The notes: generated by a model from the letters alone, not told the origin. DNA of 63,140 bases, filler included, from Octopus bimaculoides (GCF_001194135.2; 7 parts of 4 records of this genome joined end to end with filler, not necessarily neighbours in it); one strand, 5' to 3'; positions 13,051-27,497 are shown, counted from the whole stretch's first letter. Made by a program: numbers and translations.

Positions 13051-13120
13051 CAGACAGATCGATAGATAGATATATATATAGACAGAGAGATAGATAGATA
13101 GATACATACATACATACATA
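12949..13120. repeat. (GATA)n/(TACA)n microsatellite
   Basis: Direct reading of the sequence. Confidence 0.95.
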
Positions 13121-13270
13121 CAAGACTACAGATCTAATCCATCACTGGAACTGTAAAAATTTGTAAAACTTTCCAGAAGTTTATCATTTAAACATATATG
13201 AGTATGTCTATATATGCAACTACATGCATGAGAATACATACACAAAACATAGAAATCTGCACCTACATAC
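13121..13270 (-). repeat. Dispersed repeat, inverse copy of 57050-57200
   Basis: aagactacagatctaatccatcactggaactgtaaaaat..aaactttccagaagtt is the reverse complement of aacttctggaaagttt..tttttacagttccagtgatggattggatctgtagtctt. Confidence 0.8.
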
Positions 13271-13967
13271 ATACATACAAAAATATCCTGTTGTTGATGT
13301 TGAAATTTCAATGAAGGAACCTTGGATCTTGGTTAGAAACCGGTTCTTTCTCTATTGGGTAGAAATCTTGAAATAAACTGAATAATTACATACATACATA
13401 CACCCACATATAAAGCTTTTCACCCAATGTGGAATTTGTCAATGTGGTACTACACCCATTCATAAGATGGAATTCATTCTACAATAAATAAGAAACAATG
13501 AATAAATATTCACTAGTTTCACAGAAAGCTTTCTGGACTGCAAAAGACTTTTTGCAATGGTGTATATACATTTAATATGATACTCAGATGGTTATTTTAA
13601 TGCTGTTTCAATTGCATTCACCAAGCTTTTTACAATCTTGGCAAGGTTTCCACAATACCAGTGAATTTATTTATTATTCACTGTTTCGATCTTTCCATCT
13701 GACTTTGTGTTTCATTAATATTCAATGTCTTCATTACGATTTTGTTCAAATTTTTCTGTTACAAAATTAATACTTATATGTATCTCTGGATCAATGTAGC
13801 ATTGAAGTTGTTTTAAATAGCCATCATTCTTCTACTATCTTCGCTTTCCAATATGGTCCTAAGTTTCAGATAGTATGTCCAACCTTATCATTTTTGTATT
13901 CTTGCAAGTATGAGTAGTTTGGCTTATTTGATTAGATGGAAATGGCTTATTCCCTTGAGTTTCACAA

Positions 13968-14436
13968 GGCCTGAAATTCGGGGTCGGAGAGGGGACTAGT
14001 TAATCACATTGACTCCAGTGCTCAACTGGTACTTAGTTTATCAACCCTGAAAATATGAAAGATAAACTTAACCTTGGCAGAATTTTAACTCGGTGTAAAA
14101 GAGCTGAAAGGAATGCCATTAAGCATTTCATCTAGTGCACTAATGATTCTGCCAGCTTGTCACCTATTATTATAGCAAATAATATGAACATACTATATTT
14201 TTTTATCATACTATATTTTTTTTTCCTACAAGGCACAAGCCCTAAAATTTGGGGTGAGGGAGCTAGTTGATTACATCAACCCCAGTGCACAACTGGTACT
14301 TGGTTTATCAACTCCCAAAAGGTTGAAAGACAATGTTGACCTCTGTAGGGTTTGAACTCAGAATGTAAAGGACTAAAAGAAATACTGCTAAGCATTTTGT
14401 TCCACATTGTTATCAATTCTGCCAGCCTACCACCTT
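13968..14436 (-). mobile_element. Two adjacent copies of a Deu/Nin-domain-like SINE (13968-14165, 14222-14436)
   Basis: Both carry cacaaggc..aattt..ccccagt..aactggtactt..tttatc..gaaaggatgaaaggcaaagt..ctcagaa..taagcatt. Confidence 0.75.
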
Positions 14437-15259
14437 CACATATACACCTCATTAATGTAATTTCCTCAGTTTTCTAACCTATTGTTTATTCAATTTTATT
14501 GCAAGGTCTGTTCATTTTATTAACCATGATGCTGTCCCAGTTAATGATTCATTCTGTTTGATGTTAGAGGCCAGGTCTCACAGGGCTGGTTTCCCACGGC
14601 TGGTTTCCCACCTTCATATAATAAAAACATAAAAGATAAGTTATTCATGTATTCATATTATATCACCACATTATCTAAATGAAATAATTAATCTACATGG
14701 AATCATTACATTCACATTGTTTTTTATTTACATAATTACAATTCTACAAACCACTTGTTTACATGCTAGCCAACAAAGGAGCTTCTATGAGGTCACTTGA
14801 CCTTCTAGAAATAGCAGCCAAGTCTCACACAAATTATACCATCTCATAATGAAAAAAAGAACAGCCACATTAGATAATGCAATCCCAATTACACATTAGC
14901 ATGAAAAGAGACAGAATGATCATAGCTGAATCATCTTTAATCATAAGTCAACTCAACCTAGCTTGTTTCCTTGTGTTTTTACCATTTATCAACAAATACA
15001 GTGACATGATTGCAAGAGAGAGAGAAAGACAGAGAGACTAACATTCTCTCCCAACAAAAGAACGTAACTCCCAGTTAGGTTTCTCAAGGGATCAGTGTCC
15101 AATAACATCAACACTTGACTCACTCCCCAACTACATGACTCCAGTTCAGTCCCACTGTGTGATACCTTGAGTAAGTTTCTACTATAGCCTATTGTCAAAC
15201 AAAGACTGGTGACTGGATTTCATTGATGGAATCTGAAGGATGAAAATTGTGTGTATATA

Positions 15260-15314
<55 letters not shown>

Positions 15315-16230
15315 TTAGTAAATGGAGTAAAACACATATGTTAACTGAATACTTTTATTTCCAACATATGTTTCGAAGATTACAAATTATACCTTCCATG
15401 GGAATAGGTGATGTTGATAAGAATGTAATCTTCTCTTCAGGGAAATGCATGGGAACCAGCTTAAACGTAAGACATTTTAACCGAATATGAGAACTGTAGT
15501 TGGAGAAGGTTGTTACGTAATATATTTGAAAATAAATTATATATATAATACAAATGATATAATAATACAAATGACCTCTGTAGGATTTGAACTCAGAATC
15601 TAAAGGACTAAAAGAAATACTGCTAAGCAGTATGCACACACCACACAGGGACGGATCCAAGGGAGGGCCTTAGGGACACGTGCCTCTTCTGTTGTGTCTG
15701 GGGAGAGTCATTCTGTTTTAATGCCCTATTAATTAACACACTCACCAATTCAATTTCCACTCATTTACTTTTTTTTTTTCTAGACTTTTCATTGCTTCTT
15801 GCAACCTCTTCAATAGTTGTTGACTCTGTCCATTATCGGAGCTGCATTCTTTTAATTTATTTGTTTGTGTGCATGTGTAAACACATATGTATGTATGTAT
15901 ACATGTGTGCATGTATGCATATATATATGTATGCATGCGTGTACATTTGTATGTATGTATTCTGCATATTCATGTGTTTGTGTGTTCATGTCTGTGTGTG
16001 TGTGTGTATTGTCATGTGTTTCCATCTCCTTTTGTGTATGTGTTTGTGTGTGTGTGTGTATGCTTGTCTGTCTGTATTACCTATATACCTATCTATGTAT
16101 CTGTCGGTTTACCTACATATTCATTTACCCACCTATGTATATATATATTCGCCTATATAACAGCTTACTAACAAATCTAGCTGTGTATGTATAAACTGTG
16201 GGTATTGGGGTATCACTACCTTCTACGTGT

Positions 16231-16268
<38 letters not shown>

Positions 16269-16271
16269 AAA

Positions 16272-16506
16272 GCGCATGGCTCAGTGGTTAGAGCATCGGG
16301 CTCACAATCATGAGGTAGTGAGTTCAATTCTCGGACTGGGCTGTGTGTTGTGTTCTTGAGCAAGACACTTTATTTCATGTTGCTCCAGTTCACTCAGCTG
16401 TAGAAATGAGTTGCGACGTCACAGGTGCCAAGCTGTATCAGCCTTTGCCTTTCCCTTGGATAACATCGGTGGCATGGAGAATGGAGGCTGGTATGCATGG
16501 GCAACT
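16272..16506 (+). mobile_element. tRNA-derived SINE with Meta-like central domain (truncated by gap)
   Basis: A-box tggctcagtggttagagc, B-box gagttcaattc, then gtgttcttgagcaagacactt..cactcagctg. A minus-strand copy lies at 34094-34394. Confidence 0.8.
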
Positions 16507-17161
16507 NNNNNNNNNNNNNNNNNNNNNNNNNNNNNNNNNNNNNNNNNNNNNNNNNNNNNNNNNNNNNNNNNNNNNNNNNNNNNNNNNNNNNNNNNNNNNN
16601 NNNNNNNNNNNNNNNNNNNNNNNNNNNNNNNNNNNNNNNNNNNNNNNNNNNNNNNNNNNNNNNNNNNNNNNNNNNNNNNNNNNNNNNNNNNNNNNNNNNN
16701 NNNNNNNNNNNNNNNNNNNNNNNNNNNNNNNNNNNNNNNNNNNNNNNNNNNNNNNNNNNNNNNNNNNNNNNNNNNNNNNNNNNNNNNNNNNNNNNNNNNN
16801 NNNNNNNNNNNNNNNNNNNNNNNNNNNNNNNNNNNNNNNNNNNNNNNNNNNNNNNNNNNNNNNNNNNNNNNNNNNNNNNNNNNNNNNNNNNNNNNNNNNN
16901 NNNNNNNNNNNNNNNNNNNNNNNNNNNNNNNNNNNNNNNNNNNNNNNNNNNNNNNNNNNNNNNNNNNNNNNNNNNNNNNNNNNNNNNNNNNNNNNNNNNN
17001 NNNNNNNNNNNNNNNNNNNNNNNNNNNNNNNNNNNNNNNNNNNNNNNNNNNNNNNNNNNNNNNNNNNNNNNNNNNNNNNNNNNNNNNNNNNNNNNNNNNN
17101 NNNNNNNNNNNNNNNNNNNNNNNNNNNNNNNNNNNNNNNNNNNNNNNNNNNNNNNNNNNNN

Positions 17162-17200
<39 letters not shown>

Positions 17201-17807
17201 TATTACATATTATATATTTATGTATGTATGCATGCACGCATCTACACATATTTATATATACATATCATCATCATCATCTCACAGTCACTTTTTCCATGCT
17301 CATGGAATTTGTTGTGGTGGATATTCTACAGCCAGACACCCTTTCTGTCACCAACCATTGCATGTTTCCAAGTAACGTAATATTTCTCTGAAGCAAGCAT
17401 GCTTCTCATGAAAGATTGGAAATGAAGGACACCACTTACGTGACAGTGACACTCGTTTACAACTATCAGATGGTAGCAAACCAAGGAGACAATAACACAC
17501 ATACACAAATGTACACACATATATATGGCAGGCCTCTTTCAGTCTCTCAAATCCACATACAAAGCTTTGGTTGGCCCATGGCTATAGCAGAAGACACCTG
17601 GCCAAGGTGTCACACAGTAAGACTGAACTCAAATATGACTGGGAGGCAAACTTCTGGGGGTAGGGGTCATGTGTGTGTACACTTGTTTGTGTTTCTTTAT
17701 CTTGACATTGCATAATAATTGTAAACAGCTATCACCATAAAAGTGACGTCATTTGTTTCCAGTCATCAGTGAAAACATGTCTGGTCATGGAAAATATTGG
17801 TTTCAAA

Positions 17808-17995
17808 TTTTGGGGAAAGGGGTAAGGTAAATCAATTACATTGAACTCAGTGTTCAACTGGTGCTTATTTTATCAATCTTGAAAGGATGAAAGGCAAAGT
17901 CAACCCTGACAGCATCTGAACTGAGAATGAAAAGTTGGACGAAATACCGCTAAGCATTTTGCCCGGTGTGCTTTCAATTCTGCCAGCTCCCTGTT
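17808..17995 (-). mobile_element. Deu/Nin-like SINE copy
   Basis: aactggtgcttattttatc..gaaaggatgaaaggcaaagtc..gaaataccgctaagcattttgcccgg. Confidence 0.8.
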
Positions 17996-18221
17996 TTGGC
18001 CATGGGAAATATTGCTTAGAAACAGGCAAAGTTTGGCCACAGAAAGGACATTTCGCCACAGAAAAATCTACCTCAAAAGCATTTAAAATATATTTTTGAT
18101 CCATACAAGCAGGAAAAAGTAAATGTTAAAATGATGATAAAAAAATAACAAACAAAATGAAAGACACTAAATTTTCTAGGAACTTTTCCTTCTTCTACTC
18201 AAGTGTCAGCTTAACCTTATC

Positions 18222-18372
18222 ATTGACTCCACTCCAAACTCAACTCTACTGCAGCCTTGACTCCACTCTTACCATTATTCCAGTCCAGCCTTGACTCCAC
18301 TTCAGCTTTGACTCCAGTTCAGTCTTGAATCCACTCCAGCCTTGACTCCACTCCAACCTTGACTTCACTCCT
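18222..18372. repeat. ~17-bp minisatellite (ccttgactccactccag)
   Basis: About 7 degenerate units can be read directly. Confidence 0.8.
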
Positions 18373-19583
18373 ATCTTGATTGCTTTTATTATATCGCTGT
18401 TCTGATCTGGAAGAGAAGTAGTGCTCATGGCCCCTGTAGGTCTTCCAAAGCCCATGATATCGACACATTTTATATTCCTCTTGATTAGAATAAAAAATGG
18501 CCAAGGAAGGAATTCTAGAGAGCCGACATTTTGAGGAGGACAAACTAGATAAAGTAATTAGCATAGGACCTGAAAATAGACACAATATGGATGCCAAGGG
18601 GATGAGAAATAGATAAGTTAGGTTTCTCTGAATTAGAGTAATATTAGACCAGCCAGCTCTGAGGAGCAAACACAAAATAGTCATGTAAAAAAGATGAAGG
18701 GAAAGGGGACATCATGTTTGTGAAGCAGAGGTTGGAATATGTTGGGGAGTGACTCCATGCTAATCAGTTGGGTAGCTTGTTTTTACATAGTCGTGGACAT
18801 CTGTAGCCATAATACCTGCCCAAATGTTTGAGCTGTATATTTTCCCTGACTTATTTTAGTAGTAGTAGTCCCCTGGTCTTCTCTCCACACTAGCATAACA
18901 TTAATCAGAACATCAATGCCATCATTGTGAAAGGATCTATAACAGTCCTTGGCATTGCTCCTCTTCTGACTAACTGTGAAACATGCATGCTTTTCTCAAC
19001 AACATTAGCAGTGTAGGGAGACATAACATATCTTTAAGCCAGAATTGAAACCTAATCACTAAACCTGCTTATCAAAGAGTTCATCTGTTAGCTATAATGG
19101 GCATCAGGATGTACTTAATGATAATTTTTCTTAATCTCAAAGATGATGTTTAGAGAAGATGAAAAATTGAAGGGAAGAGATGGATGGATGGATGGACAGA
19201 CAGATGGAGTGACAGATATATACATTGATAAGTACATAAATAGGTAAATAGATAGATAGATGAATGAATGGGTGAATGGACAAATGGACAGACAGATTGA
19301 TGAGTGACTAGGTTGGTAGGTAAATAGGTAAGTTGCTATATATTTTCATAGGTATGGGTGTATGTACTGTATGAGTGTATAAAATTACTCGAGAAAGAAA
19401 TGAGAAGCACACACGAAAAAGTAGGTTATACAGAAATAATGAGGTATCAGGTTTGGTCAGCAATTAAAGTGATAATGTTTTTAGCTATCTTCAAGAATAT
19501 TCTCCAATTAAAATACAAAATAGTGAGAAACAATATTAATCCATTAAAGAAAAGTACATTAACAAGAAGAAATATAAATAGGC

Positions 19584-19629
<46 letters not shown>

Positions 19630-19910
19630 ATATATATATATATATATATANNNNNNNNNNNNNNNNNNNNNNNNNNNNNNNNNNNNNNNNNNNNNNNNNN
19701 NNNNNNNNNNNNNNNNNNNNNNNNNNNNNNNNNNNNNNNNNNNNNNNNNNNNNNNNNNNNNNNNNNNNNNNNNNNNNNNNNNNNNNNNNNNNNNNNNNNN
19801 NNNNNNNNNNNNNNNNNNNNNNNNNNNNNNNNNNNNNNNNNNNNNNNNNNNNNNNNNNNNNNNNNNNNNNNNNNNNNNNNNNNNNNNNNNNNNNNNNNNN
19901 NNNNNNNNNN

Positions 19911-20120
19911 GTGTTTGTGTTTGTGTGTCTGTGTTTGTCCTCCCCCCCCCCAACATCTCTTGACAACTGATGCTGGTGTGTTTATGTCCCCATAACTTAG
20001 TGGTTCAGATAAAGAGACTGATAAAATAAGTACTAGGTTTACAAAGAATAAGTCCTGGGGTTGCTCAACTAAAGGCGGTGCTCCAGCATGACTGCAGTCA
20101 AATGACTGAAACAGGTAAAA
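19911..20120 (-). mobile_element. CORE-like SINE 3' half
   Basis: Matches 11806-12000 (aagaataagtcctgggg..ggcggtgctccagcatg..cagtcaaatgactgaaacagg). Confidence 0.75.
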
Positions 20121-21429
20121 GAATGTATATGTATGTATGTATGTGTGTATGTAAATATATATGTGCATGTGTATATGTATATATATATATATACACATGC
20201 ATGCATGTTTGTGCATGTGTGCATATGAGTAAATATACATATGTGTATGTAAATATGTATGTATGTACATGTCATCACCATCATCATTGTCATCACCATC
20301 ATCATTGTCATCACCATTTTAATATACACTTTTCCGCGCTTGCATGGATCGGACAGAATTTATTTGGTCTAGGGTTATAGTATAAGACATGTACCCCAGG
20401 TGCCATGCAACGGGACTGACCCTGAGACCACATGGTTGGGAAGCAAGCTTCTTAACCACACAGCCATGCCTACATTATGTGTCAGTAAAAACTTTCAAAT
20501 AGTATTGTTCATCAACTGTTCACACCTAAACTTACTTCTTGTCATTGACAAGTCACATCTCATTTTTTATTTACTCTTTAAACTGGTTATATTCCAGCAA
20601 TTCCAATCAGTTCTGTTAATTAAACATATATTTTATGTTACTAAGTATGAAAGCCATATTGAACAAGACATGTTAACAACCATATTCTGGGCTGTTATGG
20701 AGGAGATAACCAATCAGTGAAGTGTCAAGTAATCAGTACCACATCTTACTTCATAGATCTAATTGACTGAGTCCACAAGTAAATTATAACATTTGTTTCC
20801 AGACAGGAAGGAAAAACCAAACCTTTGCCAAAGATTGACATTCCATTTGCAAATTGCTGGCAATAGTTAATCAAAGTTTATATCACAATGGATTGTCAGA
20901 ATCACAAATGATGGTCTGATTGTACTGATTAAACAAAATGCATTATGGTATTTAGTTTCATGTCTTTAAGTTGTGAGTTCAAATCTTGCTGTGCTCAGCT
21001 TTGTCGTTCATTCTCCCAAAGCTGGTAAAAATAAAGTGCTATTCATGTAAACTAGGGTCAGTTTAACTATGAATGCAGTTGTAGTTGTGTAATTCAGATG
21101 TTTGTTTCTCAACCAAGTGGTTTGGGGTTCAGTCCCATTTTGTGGCACCTTGAAAAAGTATTTTTTGTTTTTGGTCCTGGGCCAACCAAAGCCTTGTGAA
21201 TGGATTTGGTTAACAGATAATGAAAGAAACCTCAGTATGCAGTGACCATTTGATTGAGATACATTTGCTCTTCTCTCTCCATTTTTTTTTCTCTCCTCTT
21301 CTATTCTTTCTGTGGAAGATTATACTCAAAATATAAAAGACTTCTAATTTTCCAGAGCTTAGACCACCTAATATACTTTGTTCATTTGTTTTTCCCCTCA
21401 TCCTCATGTATTTCAATTTCTGCCTCATG

Positions 21430-21487
<58 letters not shown>

Positions 21488-21899
21488 NNNNNNNNNNNNN
21501 NNNNNNNNNNNNNNNNNNNNNNNNNNNNNNNTTAATTAATTAANNNNNNNNNNNNNNNNNNNNNNNNNNNNNNNNNNNNNNNNNNNNTTATCTTTTATTC
21601 TTTTATCTCAAACTGTGGGAGGGCAAACAACAACACGTGCACACATAAACGACGGGCTTCAACACAGTTTCTTGTCTACTGTCACAAATTCACTTCTAAA
21701 TACCAAATGTCACTCACAACGGTTGAGTTTTCTGCCTAGAAGAATGTATTCAAAACTTTGAATACATTCATAAAACACTGTGAATTAGAAACTTGAAGAA
21801 GAACAGATGAGAAAAATTACATATAGTACTATTTTAAACTCCTGAAAAGAATTGTAGCTGTTACAAAGATCTTAAGTGGTTTGACATTTAGAGGTCATG

Positions 21900-22330
21900 A
21901 GAAGAAATAGGTTACAGCAAATAATGGAAACTTTATGAGGACAATCAAGTGTTTTGCTTCGTACTGGCAGATGATGCCAGGTCGAGTTTTTCTTCTCCTG
22001 TATTGAGCTGCTGCCCTTATTCAAAGTCGATACAAGGTATTTAAATTTGTTCACTGCTTCATACTTTTGTCTATTCAGCATAATACGTGATGCAACATTG
22101 TTATCGTAACTTTTCATTGAAATGTTACATTTTCTGAATTGATTTCCTTTTCGATATAGTTTTAGCGCCACTTCAAGTTCAGTGGTGAGTTCCTTAAGTT
22201 CTATTTCCTGCCTTCCATTGGGTAACGTCAGTGAACAGAGATCACAATGGAGACGTTCTTCGCAGGAAATGGATTTGTGGGAATCACGTAATGTTTTTGG
22301 TGCGATATTTTCCAACCAAAGCACTAGCCG
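21900..22330 (-). pseudogene. Decayed non-LTR (RTE-like) reverse transcriptase fragment
   Basis: ELKELTTELEVALKLY...IMLNRQKYEAVNKFKYLVSTLNKGSSS resembles the post-YADD and FKYLG region. Confidence 0.55.
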
Positions 22331-22415
22331 AAAACATTTTTCAGAAAACATTCATGAATATTCGAATATTCAAATAAATCCTGATCGATCATGACTGGGT
22401 TCTCTCTCCTATGGT

Positions 22416-22745
22416 TCATGTCATCAAATACGGCACTAGTTTTGCTGTTACACGACCCATTTTCAACTTTATTTTGATACTCATGTAGCACAAAAGTTGA
22501 TCTGCCTTCTGTTCGGAAACTACAGACAAGTAGTAAGGATTTTCACGGACAACAGCCGGCACTTTCAGAAAGTGATCGTCATCTGCTGTCATAGAAGGTC
22601 GTCTACGGCCCAATAATCTTTCCGACAAGCCAGTTGCAACATTAGAAAAGTTTCTGTAAAAGTTTTCTTCCAATTTGAAGCAGAATTTCACACAAACAGG
22701 TTGGTCTTTCGAATCTTTCGTTATTCAGTTTGTAATGGGTCAGAA
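22416..22745 (-). pseudogene. Mariner transposase N-terminal relic
   Basis: KFCFKL...GRRRPSMTADDDHFLKVPAVVREN...KLKMGRVTAKLVPYLMT matches mariner HTH motifs (KFCFKL, GRPS, K(W/F)VP..L). Confidence 0.8.
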
Positions 22746-24410
22746 AGTGCGCTGAACATACGTCCATTCTAGCAAGTGTAAATCGAGGTTAAGTGACGTA
22801 GCGTGATGTGGCTCTTATTAGATTGCGTGTTAAAGTCGCTTACTCATAGCATTACAGTCGCGAGTATGCTGCACCGGCTTGTTCGATTTCTATTAAAACA
22901 GTTCTCGTAGTATGTAAAGTGATATATACTTATACACTCATACACACTCACCTACTTGCAGCAGCTTTGCAGAATTTGTGAAAGGAATTAATCACAGCAA
23001 TAAACGGAAAATGATTTGGAAAGTAGGAAATAGCATACCCGCATTGAATGAAGAAACAAGTAAAAATAAGTAAGAATACATGAATGTCAGCACTTAACAG
23101 ATATCTGTCTGTTAGATAAACAATATAATTTCGATTAAAATTGATTCTTCTGTAAATCATATTTATTATTAGTTTAAATTACTATAAAAGCCAATGAACT
23201 GACTAAACAGCTAAGCAAAGCACTTTTCTTCGTTCTGGTGACAATCCTAGAAATACAGCGGAACATAGTGCGATAAGCAATATAGATTACGAAGTCAAAT
23301 TTTGGAGGGAAGATATATTATTTTGCTTGTCTTTCTCAGTCTATTGATATGACAACAGGTACAATCGTACTCCATATTATAGTCTATTGTTGAGACACAG
23401 CACACAATAATAAATGTGATTTTACAACACAAGAGAAACTGTCAAGTAAATAAAGTACTTTTGTCAACAACATAGTGACACCTAGAGATCATTAGTTTGT
23501 ATTTTGTCGATAACAATATAGGAATGGAAAAACTTTAAATCTGACATTTCGTTAATTTACGTTGCTAAGTTCAAATTGCTTTATCGGATAATAGGAGGCA
23601 GCAATGAGAAAACCCTGTTGTATTCTTCCTCTCAATCATTGCATGACTGAGCCTTTAAGTGATGCAAATCAGTAGAGTCGCAGGCTCAAACTTAGCAGTT
23701 TCATGTTACTGTGGGATTTGTGATCCAACAAACAAATCTGTTGGGAGGGATTCAATTGCTCAATTAAACTGGTCAAGGCATACAAAGAAGTTCCTTCTAC
23801 GTTCTATAAATTTGGCTATATTTATTTTTACGCCAACTGTTAGGAATATACCTGCAAAACGCATTTTCTTTTTCTTTTTTATAGCTTGTGTATAAAATTA
23901 CAAAATGGAATATGCGATGAGAAGTGATAGAATCTAACATTTTGAACAGAATTAACGTCGCTTCTTGGTATATGAATATATTTTATTTAGGAAAATTTAT
24001 TTTAAAACTTATTTTTGCCGATTTTGACCAGAATGAGCTTGTTCTGGTTTTGATTGTTCCTTTTATATACTAGATTATAGATAAGCATGAAACAATTCAG
24101 ATTTATCTGTACTCTACCAATATTACACACACTCACACTCATATATACTCATATAATGCTATATATCTATTAATTGCTGGTAGGAACACCGTACGTCGTT
24201 TTGCAACCATAATATGTTACTAGGTATATTAAAGTTTTATAAGTTAATTCTGTGTTCTACTTTTCTGTTAGTAGTGCGTTGCTTTCATTTTAAAGTTTGT
24301 CCCTACAGATTTTCTATAGAATTTAGAGCCAGCACTAAAAGTTATGACATTTCGTATGCGAATACCTCTATGTAAGCAATGCGATCGAAGCTAGCAAAAT
24401 AGGAAAGAGT

Positions 24411-24747
24411 GTATTTGCATATTTCAAGAGTTATTGCTCGTTCTTGAGCACCACATCTAACCCATTAACTATCCACGAATACATTGCTTAAATATCCACT
24501 TTACTTTCCGGTGATAGACCAATTTATGTATTAAACACATTCCTGGCAACTGATACGTATATATTAATTGCTGGTAGAGTCCCGTTATTTTGTACCTGTT
24601 GCCAGGAATGTTTAATACATAAATTGGTCTATCAAATTGTGTTACACCGCTAAACGTAGTACCTATTTAAGCAATGTCTTCGTGGATAGTTAATGGGTTG
24701 GATGCAGTGCTGAAGAAGGAACAATAACTCTTAAAATATGCATATAC
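24411..24747. mobile_element. 337-bp palindromic fold-back/MITE-like element
   Basis: 24411-24494 is inverted at 24664-24747, and 24513-24550 is inverted at 24598-24633. Confidence 0.8.
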
Positions 24748-25836
24748 ATCCATTACCTATTTCTCTGTCATCGATCGCATTGTTTACATAGACATATTCA
24801 TATACAAAATGTAATTTTCAGTGCTGGGTCTCAGTTCTGTAAAAAAAGAAAATCTGTCGAGATAAATTTATATATATATATATATATAACATCTCAGTAT
24901 ATCTAGCGGAACTCCCCTTCTTTATGTATGTACCTAATGAGACACAAACTACACAGATTGATGTAACACAAAATCTTACACATGACGAACAGTTGCAGGA
25001 TGGGTCGATATACCCAAGCCGTGGATGACACCAGGTAGCGAAAGTTGTGAACGTGCTTTACTCAATTGTGCTTTGCTAAATGTCATATACCAATCAGTCC
25101 CAAAAATTACATGTATATATATATATATATATATATAGGACTAGAAGTATAGACGCATATATATTACAGAATTTGTCCAAATATGCATTAATCAGCTGGC
25201 ACAAGTACACACCAATTCGTGAAGGTATTTGGTTTTTATTTTATGTATATCTATGAGTGGATTGTATATGTAAGCGAATAAAGATAATGGTCGCTACAGG
25301 CAGAATCTTAATCATCAGATGTGTCTTTGTGCGCGTGCGCATAGGTTCGGAGAAAGTTAATTAACCATTATAACGATTTCTAATATTTTCTACTTCAAAT
25401 CAAAAATTCATATATCTGAAATGCATTGATTGACAACAAATATATTTGTCTAGGTTATGTTGACAAATTTCGCAATGTTTTATTATTTCAGGCTCCACCC
25501 ACTTGTTCTTCCCGCCCCGAAACAACCTTTCGTTGTCGTTTTCATCCACTACAACTTCTATTCCATTTCTTCTTACATTTCTGAACAGGTTTATTTTTAT
25601 GTTTTATTATTTATGAGCCTACATTTTTACATCTGTATAAACATATCTATATACACATTCTGTATACAATCACTTGCTGCTTTCAACTTCAGTTTGTACT
25701 GCAGTAGTATGTTTTTCTATGTTTGGCCCAACAGGATTCATCGCATTCATACTGCTTCTCTACTACATTTACCGTCTTTTGCTTTTCCCCCTATTCTCTC
25801 CACTAAAGCATGAAAACCTTTTCCAATTTATTTTCC

Positions 25837-25908
<72 letters not shown>

Positions 25909-25991
25909 ACACACACACGTGCATACACGAACATATACACACAAATATCTACTTAAATATGCATATAGATATGTATATGTGTATTGAAAAA

Positions 25992-26040
<49 letters not shown>

Positions 26041-26373
26041 ATATGCATACGCATATATACATATGTACATATATACACATATAATGCTATATATATATGT
26101 ATGCATTATATACACACATATATACATACATATATACATATATACACACATAATGATATATATTTATATGTATTATGTTACACAGACGCGCACACGCATA
26201 CACACACGTGAACATGCATGTACAAAACATATTTACGGCAAACACTTTTTAAACAGTGTCTGGTTAAACTGAAAGTCAGATTAACCTGACGAAATCTGAG
26301 TTGAGAGAATAACGCTTGGCGTTAATTTCCACCGCGACCTTTGAGTATCAATGTTATCGGAGTGCAACGCACG

Positions 26374-26473
<100 letters not shown>

Positions 26474-26891
26474 CACACGCAAGCACACACACATGCACAC
26501 ACACGTACGCACACACATACTCACTCACTGACACACACAAACTCAACAAAAGATAATATAATATATAGTATAATTGTTGATCCCATTATGAAACTAATAG
26601 GAAACTATTTCCTCTTATGAAATATTGTATCAGTTGTTATGTGATATAATTCACGCTGCACAACTACTTGTCTCGTGATATGTATTGGGTAGATGGTAGG
26701 ACAATGGGAGAAAGAGAAAAATAAGGGTGGAAAGCAGCAACATTTTGCTGCACCCAACCTGTTTGTAATAAGTTTTGTACTTTCTTTATTGATGTATATA
26801 CTTTCTAGTATATATACTTTCTAGCACTCCGCATTCTCCGCTACTAAATATGTCTCTTAATAGTCGTTGAGATTCCACTCTATTTTATAGC

Positions 26892-27400
26892 ATGGCTTCA
26901 AGGCAGAGCAATTATCTAAAGAAAATACACGAGACTATGAGTAAGTCAGGAATTAGAACTTGGAACAAACTTAAAGATTACTGGTCTGCTGGCGAGTTTT
27001 CAACATACGCAAATTTACATCTTTGAAATTTGAAACTGACACGAGTTCTGAACCCTCATCAGTTGACTCAAAGAAGCATATGAGAATTGCAAAAGACAGA
27101 AATTTTAAGAAGCCAGTGGAGAAGTGATCTATCTGTCAAAGATTCTGGGGGTAACAACGCTAGTGGTATAGAAATTCAAAATATTTTTGCCAAGCTAGCT
27201 GAGCATAAGAACATCGAGAATAGTTATGGCAATGTAGAAATAAGTATGGAATAGAAAATATAATTTCCGGTGGTGAGGCAGGCTCTGCAGCAATTGAGGA
27301 AATCAAATGACTCATGAAAATGTTAAATGACTTAATTAAGAGTGAAGGACTCCTAATGAATAAAATTGTGTTGTATTGCTGGTCATTAACCATAGTTTCC
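26892..27400 (+). pseudogene. Pogo/Tigger(Jerky)-like transposase relic
   Basis: Joined frames give KKHMRIAKDRN..ASGIEIQN..E*LWQCRNKYGIENIISGGEAGSAAIEEIK*LMKMLNDLIKSEGL. This resembles the CENP-B-type HTH2 region (GWL.RFR.RHGI..L..GE..SA). Confidence 0.5.
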
Positions 27401-27497
27401 GTACATATAGTGTAAGGACAACGAAATTTAGAAAACAACACAGGAAGAAAATAGGTAAAGGAATATATTATTAACATTTTAATGTAAAAAGTAAGTT

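Noticed and set aside
18400-19140. Possible old LINE coding relic
   Set aside because: No diagnostic RT or EN motif could be recovered by eye.
21532-21543. Isolated TTAATTAATTAA between N runs (also 39806, 52649, 56438, 58272, 60773)
   Set aside because: An identical 12-mer with stops in all six frames, always embedded in gaps. It is an assembly spacer, not biology.
25492-25588. GC-richer 97-bp segment with AG and GT borders
   Set aside because: The donor (gtttat) is weak, no frame gives a recognisable protein, and there is no supported partner exon.
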